Shown here in pieces: positions 1 through 11,486 of a stretch of DNA of 64,000 bases (the first letter of the stretch is position 1; every line of letters begins with the position of its first letter). Source of the DNA: Marsupella aquatica (taxonomy: Eukaryota > Plantae > Marchantiophyta); assembly GCA_973895155.1 (NCBI GenBank), contig OZ316893.1, positions 9,487,839 to 9,551,838 of the forward strand, given 5' to 3'. The position numbers and the translations under genes were made by a program. The notes beneath the pieces were generated by a model that worked only from the letters and a program-made list of their open reading frames with translations, searched no databases and was not told where the DNA came from.

Positions 1-113
1 CAAAATATGGAACCTCTTTACATTGAAAGTGTGGATCGCCAACAACTTCAAGACAGAAAAACGGTAAGAGTCGACCTCGACCAGTACATCCAGTCCTACT
101 TCCTCTTACTTGT

Positions 114-3100
114 TCAGTCATAAACTTCATCCTCTGATTCATCAGAGATGTCACTACTACTAGGATCGCTACTGGTCTCCCTCTCCGTGGACTCGGCAGA
201 CTCATCTAAATACTGACGGACTGTCCCCGCCTCATTGTCAATAAACCTTGAACAATCCAGATATCTTCGAGCACCTCTCATGGACCGAAGTCCTTTCGCC
301 TCCCAAGTCAAGACAACAGGATCTTCATCAACCTGCCTCGCCGATGTCTCAGCATAGCACGGAAGAGTAAAAGGCTTCTCAGGAGTAACCACAATGGACT
401 CCTGGACTTCCCTCCGAAGACGAAATCTCTCCTCAGAAAACCAATCCACCCTCCTATCACTGACGCAACCACCGACATCAGTTGACGAAGAGCAACAAAA
501 TAAAGAAAACAAAAGAAACCAAATAGGGAGTCCGACATCAGAAGAGGCCAAGTACTTTACTCCAGGTCGAATTCGTCTTTCTCGCTTGAAGGCCCAGCCT
601 GTTCATCCCCTGGAATCGTGAACTCATCATCCGACCCAGCGTCTTGATTAACCTTGGCTGGCTGATCCCTAATCTGTTTTGCCTTGCTCGAATGCCTCGC
701 CAGAACACTGTTTAAAGTTTTTTCTGCACAGCAATGGAGAATGTCCCTGTCTTCAACACCGACAACAAATCTCCCGGAGAATTCTCCGGCAGAAAACGAG
801 CTACGGTCACACACAGTCCAGTCAAGGACTATATCTTTGGGCTTCGTGAGGAATTCCATCACGGCTTGCATGAACCCAATTGAAAGCCTTTTCGATCCAG
901 CAACAGCCGCTTCTGGACAGGGGTCAGTCTTAGGGTAACAAACACTCAACATTGACTTATGTCTTGCATCTTCCGAAGATGTCAATGGAACATACGCTGG
1001 GTCTTTAGGAATCTTTGCACTAAATTCCACCCGACAAAAAACATCCAGGATGAGAGTGCACACCTGCATAAAAACCAAAATACATCAGAAACAATGCTAA
1101 CTTTGTTAGCGAGCTCGCTAGCATTAACTTAGTCGGAAAATAGAAAATTAACACCTAAAGAAGATATGTTTGGTAGATAAAACTTATAATTTTGTTAGCG
1201 ACATCGCTAGCATTAAAACTCTCAAGAAATTTAAGGGATAACTACCTCAATATCCATATCTGCCCTCCATAAAGGGGTGGACAACAAAACGGTATATTGC
1301 TGCACATGTTTGAATTTGTTTTTTTGCTCGACTGCCGTAAATATTTGCCTCATGTGATTGAAGTCTGAGCTGTGCAAGACAGCAACATATCCGTCGTCTG
1401 AAAGCATTGGTCTCATCACTCCAAAAAAATAATATGGGAGTTTCTCGCTCCAAACATTCCAAGACGGAACCTGTTTGTCTGTAACGCTTGTTCTATGCCC
1501 AGTTGGAAGAGAAATGAATCCCAAATGTGCTCCAATCCCAGCATAAGGCTTTCCATTAATTACGACATGGTTTGGGCACTCTACGCTCTTTGACATCCGA
1601 GTAATCCATCGATCTCCATCTCCCATCCAAGATGGCCTCACTTTACTTACACTAATTGAGTTTGCAGTATTGGTCAAATTGCTACGAGCCAGGAAATGTC
1701 ACTGCCCATCCATCTTCAAACCACACATCCGAGCAACACCTTGAGCAACTGAAACTTCCTCATCGTCCGAATCTGAAAGAATCTGGATGTTCCGCTTCCG
1801 TTTCAAACATTTTATACTTCCTAAATCCACTGCGCTCTTTATTGTGACTTCGGCATCTGGGGACTGAGGTTCCTCACCATCATCTGCTCCACTCTTCAAA
1901 CTCTCAGAAGCCGCTCCCTTCCTCCTCTCTGTGAAGCAAAAGACATTAGTGTCTGTATATTCGACACCCATCCGGACTTAAAAATAAAAAGTAACATACA
2001 ATTAACAGACTTACTTGGCTTTCCGGAAATCTGGGACCCATCTTTGGATGTGTCCTTCAATGCTCCTTTTCTTGGCTTCCATGCTCGACTCCTATCCACT
2101 ATGGCAACTACACCAAGACAAGCTTTTTCCATCGCCTCGCAACCACCAACTTCAGCATCAGTGGGTGCCAATTTGGACTCGGAGATGTAAGATTCCGGAA
2201 GGAATCCTCGATTGATCATGTGAAGAGCTGCTTTCTCTGCAGTGTCAAATGTCACAGACCATTTGTCCGAGTCCAAATACCATGGACAATGAAGAACCTC
2301 CCACTCGCTCAATCTCCTCGGAGCTTCACTTCCCTCGCATGGAAACATACAATATTCCCCAAATCACTTGTAGGGTCCTCTTTAACCCCGGCTATCCATG
2401 GGGAGAAACAGGCTGGGTAGGACCACCAGTAAAATTTGTCTGCTACTTCTCTGTCTACAAAAAATCGATACGTGTATCTCTTCGCTCTCCTCCGAAACAA
2501 TGTAATGTCTACCTTCTCTCCTGTCTTGGGTGGCCAAATCTGCTTGAAGAAACGAGTTTTCACACGAGTTTGGAAATCCTCAAAATCCTCCTCAATGTCA
2601 AGGATTAGCGAAGCTTTCATCTTCTCTGAAGACGTAAGGATCCTCGACTCAGGGACAGTAGGCATTACCTCAGAAAAAATTTCAGACATGAGGGAAGACG
2701 AAATTGACTCGACTTGCTCCCACACTGCCCAACGATGAAGCCAAAGCTTAGTCTCACCATCTGTGAATTGACCTGGATGAAAGAATTTTTTCCGAAGCTC
2801 AGGACGACACTGTGCCTCCAGGAGTGTACATCGGAGCTCTGGGGATAAAGAGGTCACACCAATGAACAATCGAGCTCGATCAAGACCACAAGAAACATTT
2901 CCCCTGCCTTTATCATCTGTTCTCTGGGCCTCCTTTCTCTCGTTCTCGCAATAGTTATGCATTTCGACACATTTCTTGAAAAAGTCTCCAAACTCAGGAT
3001 TTAGTAATGGACCAATCTTTGGAACTTTCACATTCCAATCAGCAAGTTGTTCTTTCATCATGTCACGCATTGCTAAGTCCTGTGCAGCCTTGGAAAGGGG

Positions 3101-4178
3101 CTCGCCTTGAGCCTCCTTAAGAGCAAATTTCTTCTTAAGGTCCTCGGTCTGCGATGCAATGTTAGCAGCGGATAGAATATAAGTGCAGGCATCCAGCGTC
3201 ATGTTCTTCGAATACCATGTCGCCTTTCGCACATTGGCCATCTTCTGCTGGAAAAGTTTGTAATTCTCAGCGTCGATGATATCTTTGTAAACGGATAAGT
3301 CATTGTTCAGAATCTTTTGGATGCGTTCAGCCTCCAAAACCCAGGAATTCTCTACATGACATTGAGTTAACCTGCCACAACATGCCTCATGTTAGCGAGA
3401 TCGCTAGCTGAAAGTGACCTGGTAAAAATGAAATTTCAGAACTATCTTATCATGAGAAGTCCCACCTGTTCAATGCGTGCATAGCCGACTCGATCTGAAC
3501 GAAAGAGTTCTTTTCACCCTTAAAGATCTTGCAGACCACTCGAGGATGGTACTTAATATCATCCGGATGTTCCTACGCCAATTGGCTCCACGAATACAAT
3601 CGGTGGTTCCCATCAAAAACACAAAACATTTTGTCCTTGAGGATCTGGAAAGAAACATGAGAATCACATTCGCGCTCAAACTCCTCGTTTTGCAACACCC
3701 AAATATCATCCCAAGTTTTGCGGATGGCATCTGTACAGATCTGGATTTCTCCATCCTCGTTTGTCATCTGAACGTAAATCGAGGCGCATCCTCGATGTAA
3801 CCCTGGGTTTTGAACTCGGACTTCAATGTGTCTATCGTAGTGGAATCCTTCTGTAGAGACCGGACAATCTGCATGTTTCTCATCCGGCACAGAGGAATTC
3901 GGGGGGGAGCCAATGCAAATCCGAACTCATTCACTCCAAACAGCAACTACATCTACCGCTGTCACCATCTTGGGCCGCCTTGGAGTCTTCAATCCCGCTG
4001 CAAGTGCTTTCTTGTTTGCTGTGGACCTAGTTTCTCTCCTTGTCGACTCCCTCGACTGAAATGATCCTCTCGAAGAAATACTCTCTGGAGACAACGATGA
4101 CTCCATGAAATAAAACCCTTCGGAGAAGAGTGCTCGAGCCCGGAGACTGCAGCGGCTGCACGCGTCAAAAACGTCCAC
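114..4178 (-). pseudogene. Multi-exon gene for a ParB/Srx-like N-terminal domain + long helical/low-complexity region + beta-class N4C/N6A DNA methyltransferase-like domain; frameshifts and stops
   Basis: ParB-like segment IVRSLQKD..TLKSEFKTQGY ... KMFCVFDGNHRLYSW (3570-3900). MTase-like motif order IV..X-I-II: AHLGFISLPTG, PMLSDDGYVAVLH (1231-1677), then RLSIGFMQAVMEFLTKPKDIVLDWTVCDRSSFSAGEFSGRFVVGVE (557-1078), resembling 'KP..L...LI...T.PGD.VLDPF.GSGTT..AA...GR..IG.E'. Putative GT-AG introns at about 3372-3464, 1930-2014 and 1064-1244. Confidence 0.6.
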
Positions 4179-4786
4179 AGAGCACCTCCTTTCGGAGAAT
4201 TAGGACAGCCGTACAAACTGCTACAAACTCCCTCTGAAGCCTTACAGAGTTACGATAGTGAATACTGACAACGATCGACAGTACGATGTAAGGAATAACA
4301 GAAATCTCCTGGCAGGGACCACTAGTTGTACCTTTTGGAAAACACGAAGAACAACCTTCACGATCGATAATCTTATCCATACAAAATACTCCAGGTGTCC
4401 CGTGTAATTTGTACCGTTGACATTATGGTACCCGTTGACTATTCCCAACGGAATCCTAACGGTAAACTTCGTCAAAAATCAGTTTGACTTTTTGGCTAGC
4501 GAGATTGCTGACATAAACTCAATGACACAGATATCCTTAAAAAGAGTTGAAATCAACGGTTTGCTTGCCATAAAACTATCAAAACCAAGCTAGCAAGATT
4601 GCTAGCATGGGAGACGTCCCTATACGTTGAGTAAAAGACAAAATAATGGTAAAATCAACGGGAACAGACTGACAATCTGTTTGGATTGTTGTTTCCGTTG
4701 GGAAAAAACCCAGTTTTGGTCCTGCAAATAGGATTCGTATGGGCGATTCAAAACATAGTCGTTGTATTTTTGTATGCTGAGAAGAG

Positions 4787-7700
4787 ATGATGTCGATGAA
4801 TTCCAAGGTGGTTTTGGAGCGTAGAATGACGGGAGACGTGGTGGTACTCCCAAGTGCCCCTGACTCGTCGGAGGTTAGGGTGACAGAGTCATTCCTTGCA
4901 ACTCGTTTGGGAATTCCAAAAGATGACCTTGTCATGAAGTTGTTTGAGTTGTATTCTCAAAATGGGCCACGGAGTCACGAGTTGAGAGAGGACAGTAGTA
5001 CTTCCGGGAAGGTCTGGACGCTGAAGGTTGGATCTTGTGTCGAGGTTCTGTCCAGTAAAGATGGTTTTCCTGATGTCATTTTGGAACCCATGGAATTAGA
5101 TCTCGTTCATCAAACTCCTGTGATTGATCTTGGGACGCCTCCCAAAGACAGAGCTCCCGAGGTCATTGAAATATCTCCAGAGAGTATAAGGCAAGACACA
5201 TCTTGTGGTTCGATGAAGTCACGAGATGGTTCCGAACCCGAAGGGTTAGCGACAAATTTGATTGAAAGGACTGGGGATAGCATGACCACAGTATATCGGA
5301 TGAGTGCCTATGACGCTTTTCTCAATATCAATGGAGCGAGTGAACTTGCACAATTTAGAAGAGGGAATCAATGGAATGAATGTCAGGTTTCGACTCTGCC
5401 ATCGACATACAATGGTAACGTTGTTTTTGAACTTCCTCCAGTCGAGGGGGCCGGGAGGGGAGGAGGTCTCCAAGATATGGATCGAGAGAAGGACGACTAT
5501 CCTTGGACGAGACTAGTCACTACATCTGCGAATTTGAAGCCAAGGTTTCATTGGGCTGTGTCGAAAGTTCGTTGCGCTGGAATTCTTGAATGCCATAATT
5601 TGGGTTGCCGGAAGTTGAAACATATTGGAGTCAAAAATGACTGCGCTTTCAGAGGGAAAGGGTTGTTGACTGACATCTTTTGTCTTGGAGAGCAAGTGAG
5701 TGAGGGTGGACTTGTCTATGGCTTCTGTGAAGAGAGGCCTCTCTGTATTCGAGAATGCCCGGCAAAACTGTTGTATGTTTACCCTAAGCCAGGTTTGGAG
5801 AGTCACATTTCAATGCATATGTCCAGATTGGCTGTGCATATGGGATTCCACGATCACCCTGTTTGGAAGGGAAAATCTCGTTCTGCAAGAAAAACAGCGG
5901 AAGATGTTGTTTTAGGGGTCCATCGGTTGAATCCAGTCTCAACTCCCGCACGTCTGAGAAACCAGTCAATTGGGAACCTTGTCTCGCTATTGCATCCAGA
6001 ATCATCGGCTTAGTTGTCGAGAGAAGAACAACAAGAAATTTGGAGTTCGATCGGAGTAGTTTCTACCGCTCCAAAGTTCCAAGCTATTCTTCGGAGTGTG
6101 AAGATGGATAATCCTAAAAAAGGAGAACTTGACTCACTTCGTGAAATGCAATCACGTAACAATTTCCCTTTCGTGCAGAGGTACCTGTTTCCCGGTCAAG
6201 GAAACATAAATGATCGAGCGCATGTATTCAAAATGAGTACAAATGGTCCTGGATCGGGTGTGGAAATTTTGAGGAGCATGGAGGCTGGAGGAGCATTGGA
6301 AGGTTCGTGGGTCAGTTTTGATGTAATGCATCGTATCACTAGTGGATGGTTGACCTTCAGCGCACACGTGTATGACCATAATTACCGCGCTCTGTGTACA
6401 ATTTTCAGTTGCGAGTTGAGAGCCGAAGACACAGAGTCGCTTGAAACTGCGTGGAGGTTAATGGTAGATGTCGCATCCGAGAATGGAGTGCATAATCCCA
6501 TTATTGGAGGATTCATAGCAGACAATGCGGAGGCTGGCTGGATTTCTGTGAGAAGGGTATTTTTGGGGGTGTCAGAAATCCTCTGAAAGAGCATAGTGAT
6601 GCTTTCCATCTCTCTCAATCCCTCAGAAGACACACTTTGGAGGGGATCAAGGAGGGGTGTCATGCGGAGCACTATAAGATGTGGGAGAAGTTAAGAATTG
6701 CTCCAACATACGTCGAAGCATATCGTATCGCCGAAGACATTCAAAAATGGTGGAAAGAGAGGAATTGTCACCCATCCAAGCATAAATCACTACAAGGGTG
6801 GATTTCATGGTGGGTTGTGCGGTGGAGACAATGGGGTAACTTTATTCGTGTGGTGAGTAACGGTGAATTCTTTCTGATGAGTTTAAGCTAGCGAGATCGC
6901 TAGCAATAAAACTTCTTTCGTAAATGTATTTTGGTCACCGACTGAAACATTAGACTGTCTCAAAATAGACATATCGCTAGTGAATACAAGTGTTAACTCT
7001 GCTCATTTTTCAAACGCAAACTGCGAAGGAGTCTGCTCTGATGCCAAACTGTGCTGGAGCTGAATCTGCTCACGCATCAATGCGTTCCTGCCAGCCGAAG
7101 AAGAAAATTGGTTTGATTGAAGCCTGTGAAGTTGACCAGAATCGAGCAGCTGGACAGATTGCAGCGTTCACTGCATACTTGGAAGGGTGTCACCGTGGGA
7201 ATGGTCCTACAATATTTGAGCTGGCCTTCAGAAATGCAGATACAATGGGGTCTATGGATGCCTATGAGAAGGCATCCAATCTACTATTTGAATCATCTGG
7301 AAAATATGAGTTCTATAGAACTGTGCCTTTACATGGAGATCTTAGAACAACGTCAGGAAAACGGAAGGGTAGTGCTTCTGCTTCTATTCATGAAAACGAT
7401 TCTCATAGACATGATAAGATATTGCGCACAGTGGCGTCGCGGTCTAGTTTGAAAAGGAGAAATGTTTACACAGAATTTGGTAACTTCAGCGGTGCTTCTG
7501 ATATTGGTGGACCTTCAGACTTTCCTGGCGATGAAGACAACCCCACTTGCCATGGACCTTCTCTTCCTCGTGAAGTTATAAATATATCAGATGATGGTGA
7601 AGATCTTAGCCGTGGAGATACAACACAGGACCCGAACTACGTTGGAGAAATACCACAGCCTCAAAATAATCGGGATGAAATTTGGGATGCACCCCGAAGG

Positions 7701-8586
7701 ATCCCTTTTGTTGAAGAGGTTGATGTGACATATGGGACCTGGCACTTGAGGCGGAGTGGAAAAGGGAGTGGACCTGTTTGCAATGGACGAGTGGACCAAA
7801 GTGTGTTTGGAAGAGATGAGTGCAGGAATCTCATCAAAGAAACTGGAATGAAGGCATTCCGGGCTGTAGTGGTTGGTGTTGCGATTCACGGATTGAGGTT
7901 GTCATCTCCACATCGTCAGCTTCTATACTTCTGTCTGAATAATAGGTGCCATAAAACAGGTGGCAGAAGGACTCTTGCCCAGCTTCCGGAACCACCTGAG
8001 GCATTGCAAGTCCAGCGTGGGACCAGGCTGACCCCAACAGAGATTGACTTTCTTCTTCAAAATGGGATTGAAATCAGAGGATTATCATACTCTGATCCAG
8101 CACCGATTGGGTCGTTCTCCTCTCCAAATCGTGTTGACCTCCGAATTGATGTGAACTCCTTCCCAGAAAGAGTTGACATTGGTATTCCAAACCGTAGATT
8201 CAAGACCCGGAATGCGAAAGGCGTTCGTCAACGTTTCCAGAACACCCCGGAGCTTCTCAAACGCATTCGATCTGCGACTGACGAACATATGAGAGTCATT
8301 GGAAGTCCTCGGAAACGGGTGGGGATGGCAACATCTTATCGTCACTCACGAGACAGATTCTAAAATTGCACACAAGTACTGGGTGCAAGTGTGTTGCTTT
8401 CCTTCTTGCTCATGTGATGACTTCTACAAGAGACACATGAGAGGAAGACCCTATATGTCTTGTAAACACCTCCTCTAGGTGTACTTAAACAAGTTCTCAC
8501 TGAATCTAGACAGAGACGATCTTGTGAAGCAACCAATTCTGACTGTTGTTGAAGTAAGGAGTTTGATTCCGTTGCAGTGTAGTTGA
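4787..8586 (+). pseudogene. Mutator-like DDE transposase with N-terminal GCM/WRKY-like Cys/His domain and C-terminal SWIM zinc finger (disrupted)
   Basis: CAGILECHNLGC...CEERPLCIRECPAK...HMGFHDHP (GCM/WRKY-like). VSFDVMH (D1); GFIADNAEAGWISVRRVF (D2); frameshifted HSDAFHLSQSL (C/DxxH); NCAGAESAHASM (E). PSCSCDDF...SCKHLL at 8401-8475 is a SWIM CxC..CxH motif. Stop at 6011-6013, frameshift near 6570, intron from 6853. Confidence 0.75.
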
Positions 8587-9142
8587 CTTAATCTCTATTA
8601 TCCGTTGAGGTGAACGTTTCAGCGTCCCTAATTTTGTCGCCTTTTTGGTTTTCAGAACAGAGGAAAGTTGTCCACCTCACTAATTATATTGCGTATGCAA
8701 TGTTAGCGAGGGTCTAGTACTATTCTATACGTATCGGCAATAGTGTTTATTTTGCTAGCGAGGTCTCTGGCGTTAAACCCGTAAAGTAAAGTTTTATGTT
8801 TCCCGTAAACGGTTTCTTTTTGACCAAGTTCTACATAACGTAGAGTTCAATAACTCATGTATTTTAATTGGTTTTTGGATATACATTCGGAGAAACAAAC
8901 CATTTTAGTCACGCATAGTTTTGCTAGCGATGTCGCTAGCAAAACTAGTACTGTAAGTCCAAACATTGCAGTTGGAAATCTTCTCAAGAAGTTATTTCAA
9001 AATGAACAAAGATGTTCTCCCTTACAACTGTGTTGGACATTGAGTGTCGATATCACGTTTTCGGATCCCAGATCTACAAAATAGACACAGTCTACAAAAT
9101 GTCTATGCCCCTACACCATGGACTACCGTTACTGTTTCCTAT

Positions 9143-10039
9143 TCAAGGGCTCGCTACCTTGTACGCATCGGAGTCAGAGTCGGAGACTGTATCATAGTCG
9201 GAGGAAGCGAGGATGTTTTCCGTGAAATAGTCGTGGATCTCGAGGTCCCTCCAGTATGACTCCTCCTCTTCTCTCTTCCGCTTCGCCGATACCCCCTTAC
9301 AGACAGGCGCTTTCGAACGAGAAGAAACTTGTGTGTGGGAGACCGGATTCGTCAATGTCTCCTTACAAGGTGCGGCCGTCTTGTAGTCCTTGGACAGGAC
9401 GGGAGCCTTGCTACCGGAAGGGGATGTACTCCTCTTAGGTTTGTCGATAGTACTCTGAGTCTGCTTCGATTCTGTGGACCTTGGAGGTGAATCCAGTTGA
9501 CCGTCAGTTTCGGCGTTATATCGCCGAACTTCCAGAATCCATTTACGAGAAGATCCACCCTCGTTCCGTGCCGTTTCTCCCTGAAACGAAAACAAATGCG
9601 ATAAGTTTACTTGAAATCTTTCGAAAAGTCTTCTTATGTTGACGAACAAGAAAGCGAATGACAACGAATACCTGATAGAACACCAAACTGCAAGTGGACA
9701 ACATATGATAGAGAACGGGGATACCTCGATCCGGATCCGAGCGGAAAATGTATGCTCCTTGCTTCGACGATAGTAACGACAGTTTCCAGGATGACAGTAG
9801 CTTCGCTGACAGTAGCAGAGGTCACAGAAGGGCTTCGACAATCGGGAACACAACAAGCAAATCACGCTTCGAGTAAGCGTCGAGCCCAATGAAAGTCCGA
9901 AAGAATGGCTGAAAGGAAATGAATGGAAATGTTTCTTAAGGAGCGAGTAAGATATAGGGGATGATGGATAGCTGGAGATCCTTCCCAACGGATTGGGATC
10001 TTGTCTGTTGGTTGTACTTAGATCTTGTCTGTTGTGCAT
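9143..10039 (-). CDS. Possible third gene of the MULE-like element (Ser/Lys-rich then acidic protein, unknown function, probably spliced and decayed)
   Basis: 298-aa ORF. Putative intron ~9581-9724 (GTATCC...TTTCAG). KRKREEEE NLS-like stretch. No recognisable domain. Confidence 0.3.
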   Translation of the reverse strand: MHNRQDLSTTNRQDPNPLGRISSYPSSPISYSLLKKHFHSFPFSHSFGLSLGSTLTRSVICLLCSRLSKPFCDLCYCQRSYCHPGNCRYYRRSKEHTFSARIRIEVSPFSIICCPLAVWCSIRYSLSFAFLFVNIRRLFERFQVNLSHLFSFQGETARNEGGSSRKWILEVRRYNAETDGQLDSPPRSTESKQTQSTIDKPKRSTSPSGSKAPVLSKDYKTAAPCKETLTNPVSHTQVSSRSKAPVCKGVSAKRKREEEESYWRDLEIHDYFTENILASSDYDTVSDSDSDAYKVASP

Positions 10040-11112
10040 TTCACGCTCGGTGTCCGGATGAAGCTTTGGATTCTGTCCTTGGATGCGCTCCCGAGATTGT
10101 TTAAGTCAAAAAACATGCTTCCTTGTCCCGTGTCATTATGATTTATTCACGTCTTTAACGACTGCGCGCCAAAGTTCGTGCGAGAATTATGGGTGTCACG
10201 ATTGCTAGCGATTTCGCTGGCCTGACGTACGTTCCATGATGATGGTCACTTATAGGGTCTTTAAGTGGACTGTTGTGCGACAATTACGTGATATGTAAAA
10301 ATGTGCGAGAATGATGGGCATAGTTATGGCTAGCGACTTCGCTGTTCTGATGTACGGTAGAATTATATGTTGAATTATGGTGCCGTCAACGACCGTTCGT
10401 GTCCAGGGAATACGTAATATGTACCAATGCATCGTCGGGATCGCTTTTTAAACCCAACGGGAGTTAAATAAATAGGTGGAATAGAAGGTTCCTTTTAGGC
10501 TAGCGAGTGTCACTTTTTGCTAGCGATGTTGTTTTCGTGCTAAATTTTGGGTATTCCAAGGAGAAAATGATCCCGTGCGAGGAAATTTTTTACTGTTTCC
10601 TCGCACGCTACAATGACCCTAGGAGATATACTCCGGCCATTTGGAAACCCCATATGAGTAGTTCATCACAAATAACTATAAAGTCCAGGGTTTGGCCTCC
10701 CAATGGAGATGCTCTAGGACTAATTTGTCCTGCCTCCCTACTCCAGTGGTAGGAAGAGGGGCAAATACCAGAACTTTATCTTGCTCATTCAATGTGTGTT
10801 TCCATGTAATAATTGGATTGACCCCAAAAATCATGTCCAGGATGTCCTCGGGACCAAAGTGAAGCTATCTTGGTACTTCAAAGCTGCACTTGACTAGGCT
10901 ATGATTGAATTGTGGAAATAAGATCCAGGACCGATAATGCAGTGACCACACTTGAATAATAACTGGAAGTCCTTATGATTGAAACGACCTTCTTTATAAA
11001 CGTAGCAATCGTTCTAAAACAAAACAAAAAGAAACAGGAAGAACAGGAGACAAAAGGAAAGTCCACGCTATTGAAAATGGATACAAAGTCATGAGATCAG
11101 ACGTGCTTAACT

Positions 11113-11277
11113 CGAGTACAACTCTTACATTATTTTGTAGAAGTTTGATACTCTGCCCACGCTACAATTTGGCATCTCTCTCATGTGCTGGTGAACCTTT
11201 TCCCTCTCTTCAACACGAGTACAAACTCCTACATTTAATAGTAGTTTGATACTATCCACGCTACAATTCAGCATCTC
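11113..11277. repeat. Diverged ~103-bp-period tandem duplication downstream of the HIBCH-like gene
   Basis: CGAGTACAA(A)CTC(T/C)TACATT...GTTTGATACT..CCACGCTACAATT..GCATCTC occurs at ~11113-11178 and ~11216-11277. Confidence 0.6.
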
Positions 11278-11486
11278 GATGTGTGTCAAAGGACCAGATT
11301 TTGCCTCTTCTAATCTACGTTGCAGCCCAGGATGGAGTTTGTCAACTCGTTGAAGTCTTTTGTAAGCCTGAGCTTGTGCACTTATAGAACTTTCTTCCCA
11401 TGTACTGTACGAATTTCCCAGACAGATGAGGCAGAATTGCATCAAACCAATGTTGAATTAGACTTCGATGAACAAGTGTCGGGGCT

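Larger units (their letters stand above)
1105..10531. repeat. Dispersed 18-bp palindrome G(C/T)TAGCGA-NN-TCGCTAGC
   Basis: Full or near-full copies at 1105-1122, 1194-1211, 3391-3408, 4495-4512, 4589-4606, 6887-6904, 8754-8771, 8923-8940 (extends to 15-bp arms, 8916-8947) and 10204-10221. Partial or half copies at ~6974, 8702, 10329, 10499 and 10519. Confidence 0.9.
1..10640. mobile_element. Mutator-like (MULE-type DDE) DNA transposon with cargo genes, decayed; left end probably outside the window, right end approximate
   Basis: Contains a MULE-like transposase pseudogene (4787-8586) and a divergent ParB/MTase-like pseudogene (114-4178). One palindrome family is spread from 1105 to ~10530 and was not noticed elsewhere in the window. 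No TIR pair or TSD could be confirmed. Confidence 0.65.

Noticed and set aside
1105-10531. Palindromic repeats as a CRISPR array
   Set aside because: Spacing is irregular (about 90 bp to over 2 kb), there are no uniform spacers or cas genes, and the context is eukaryotic and intron-containing.
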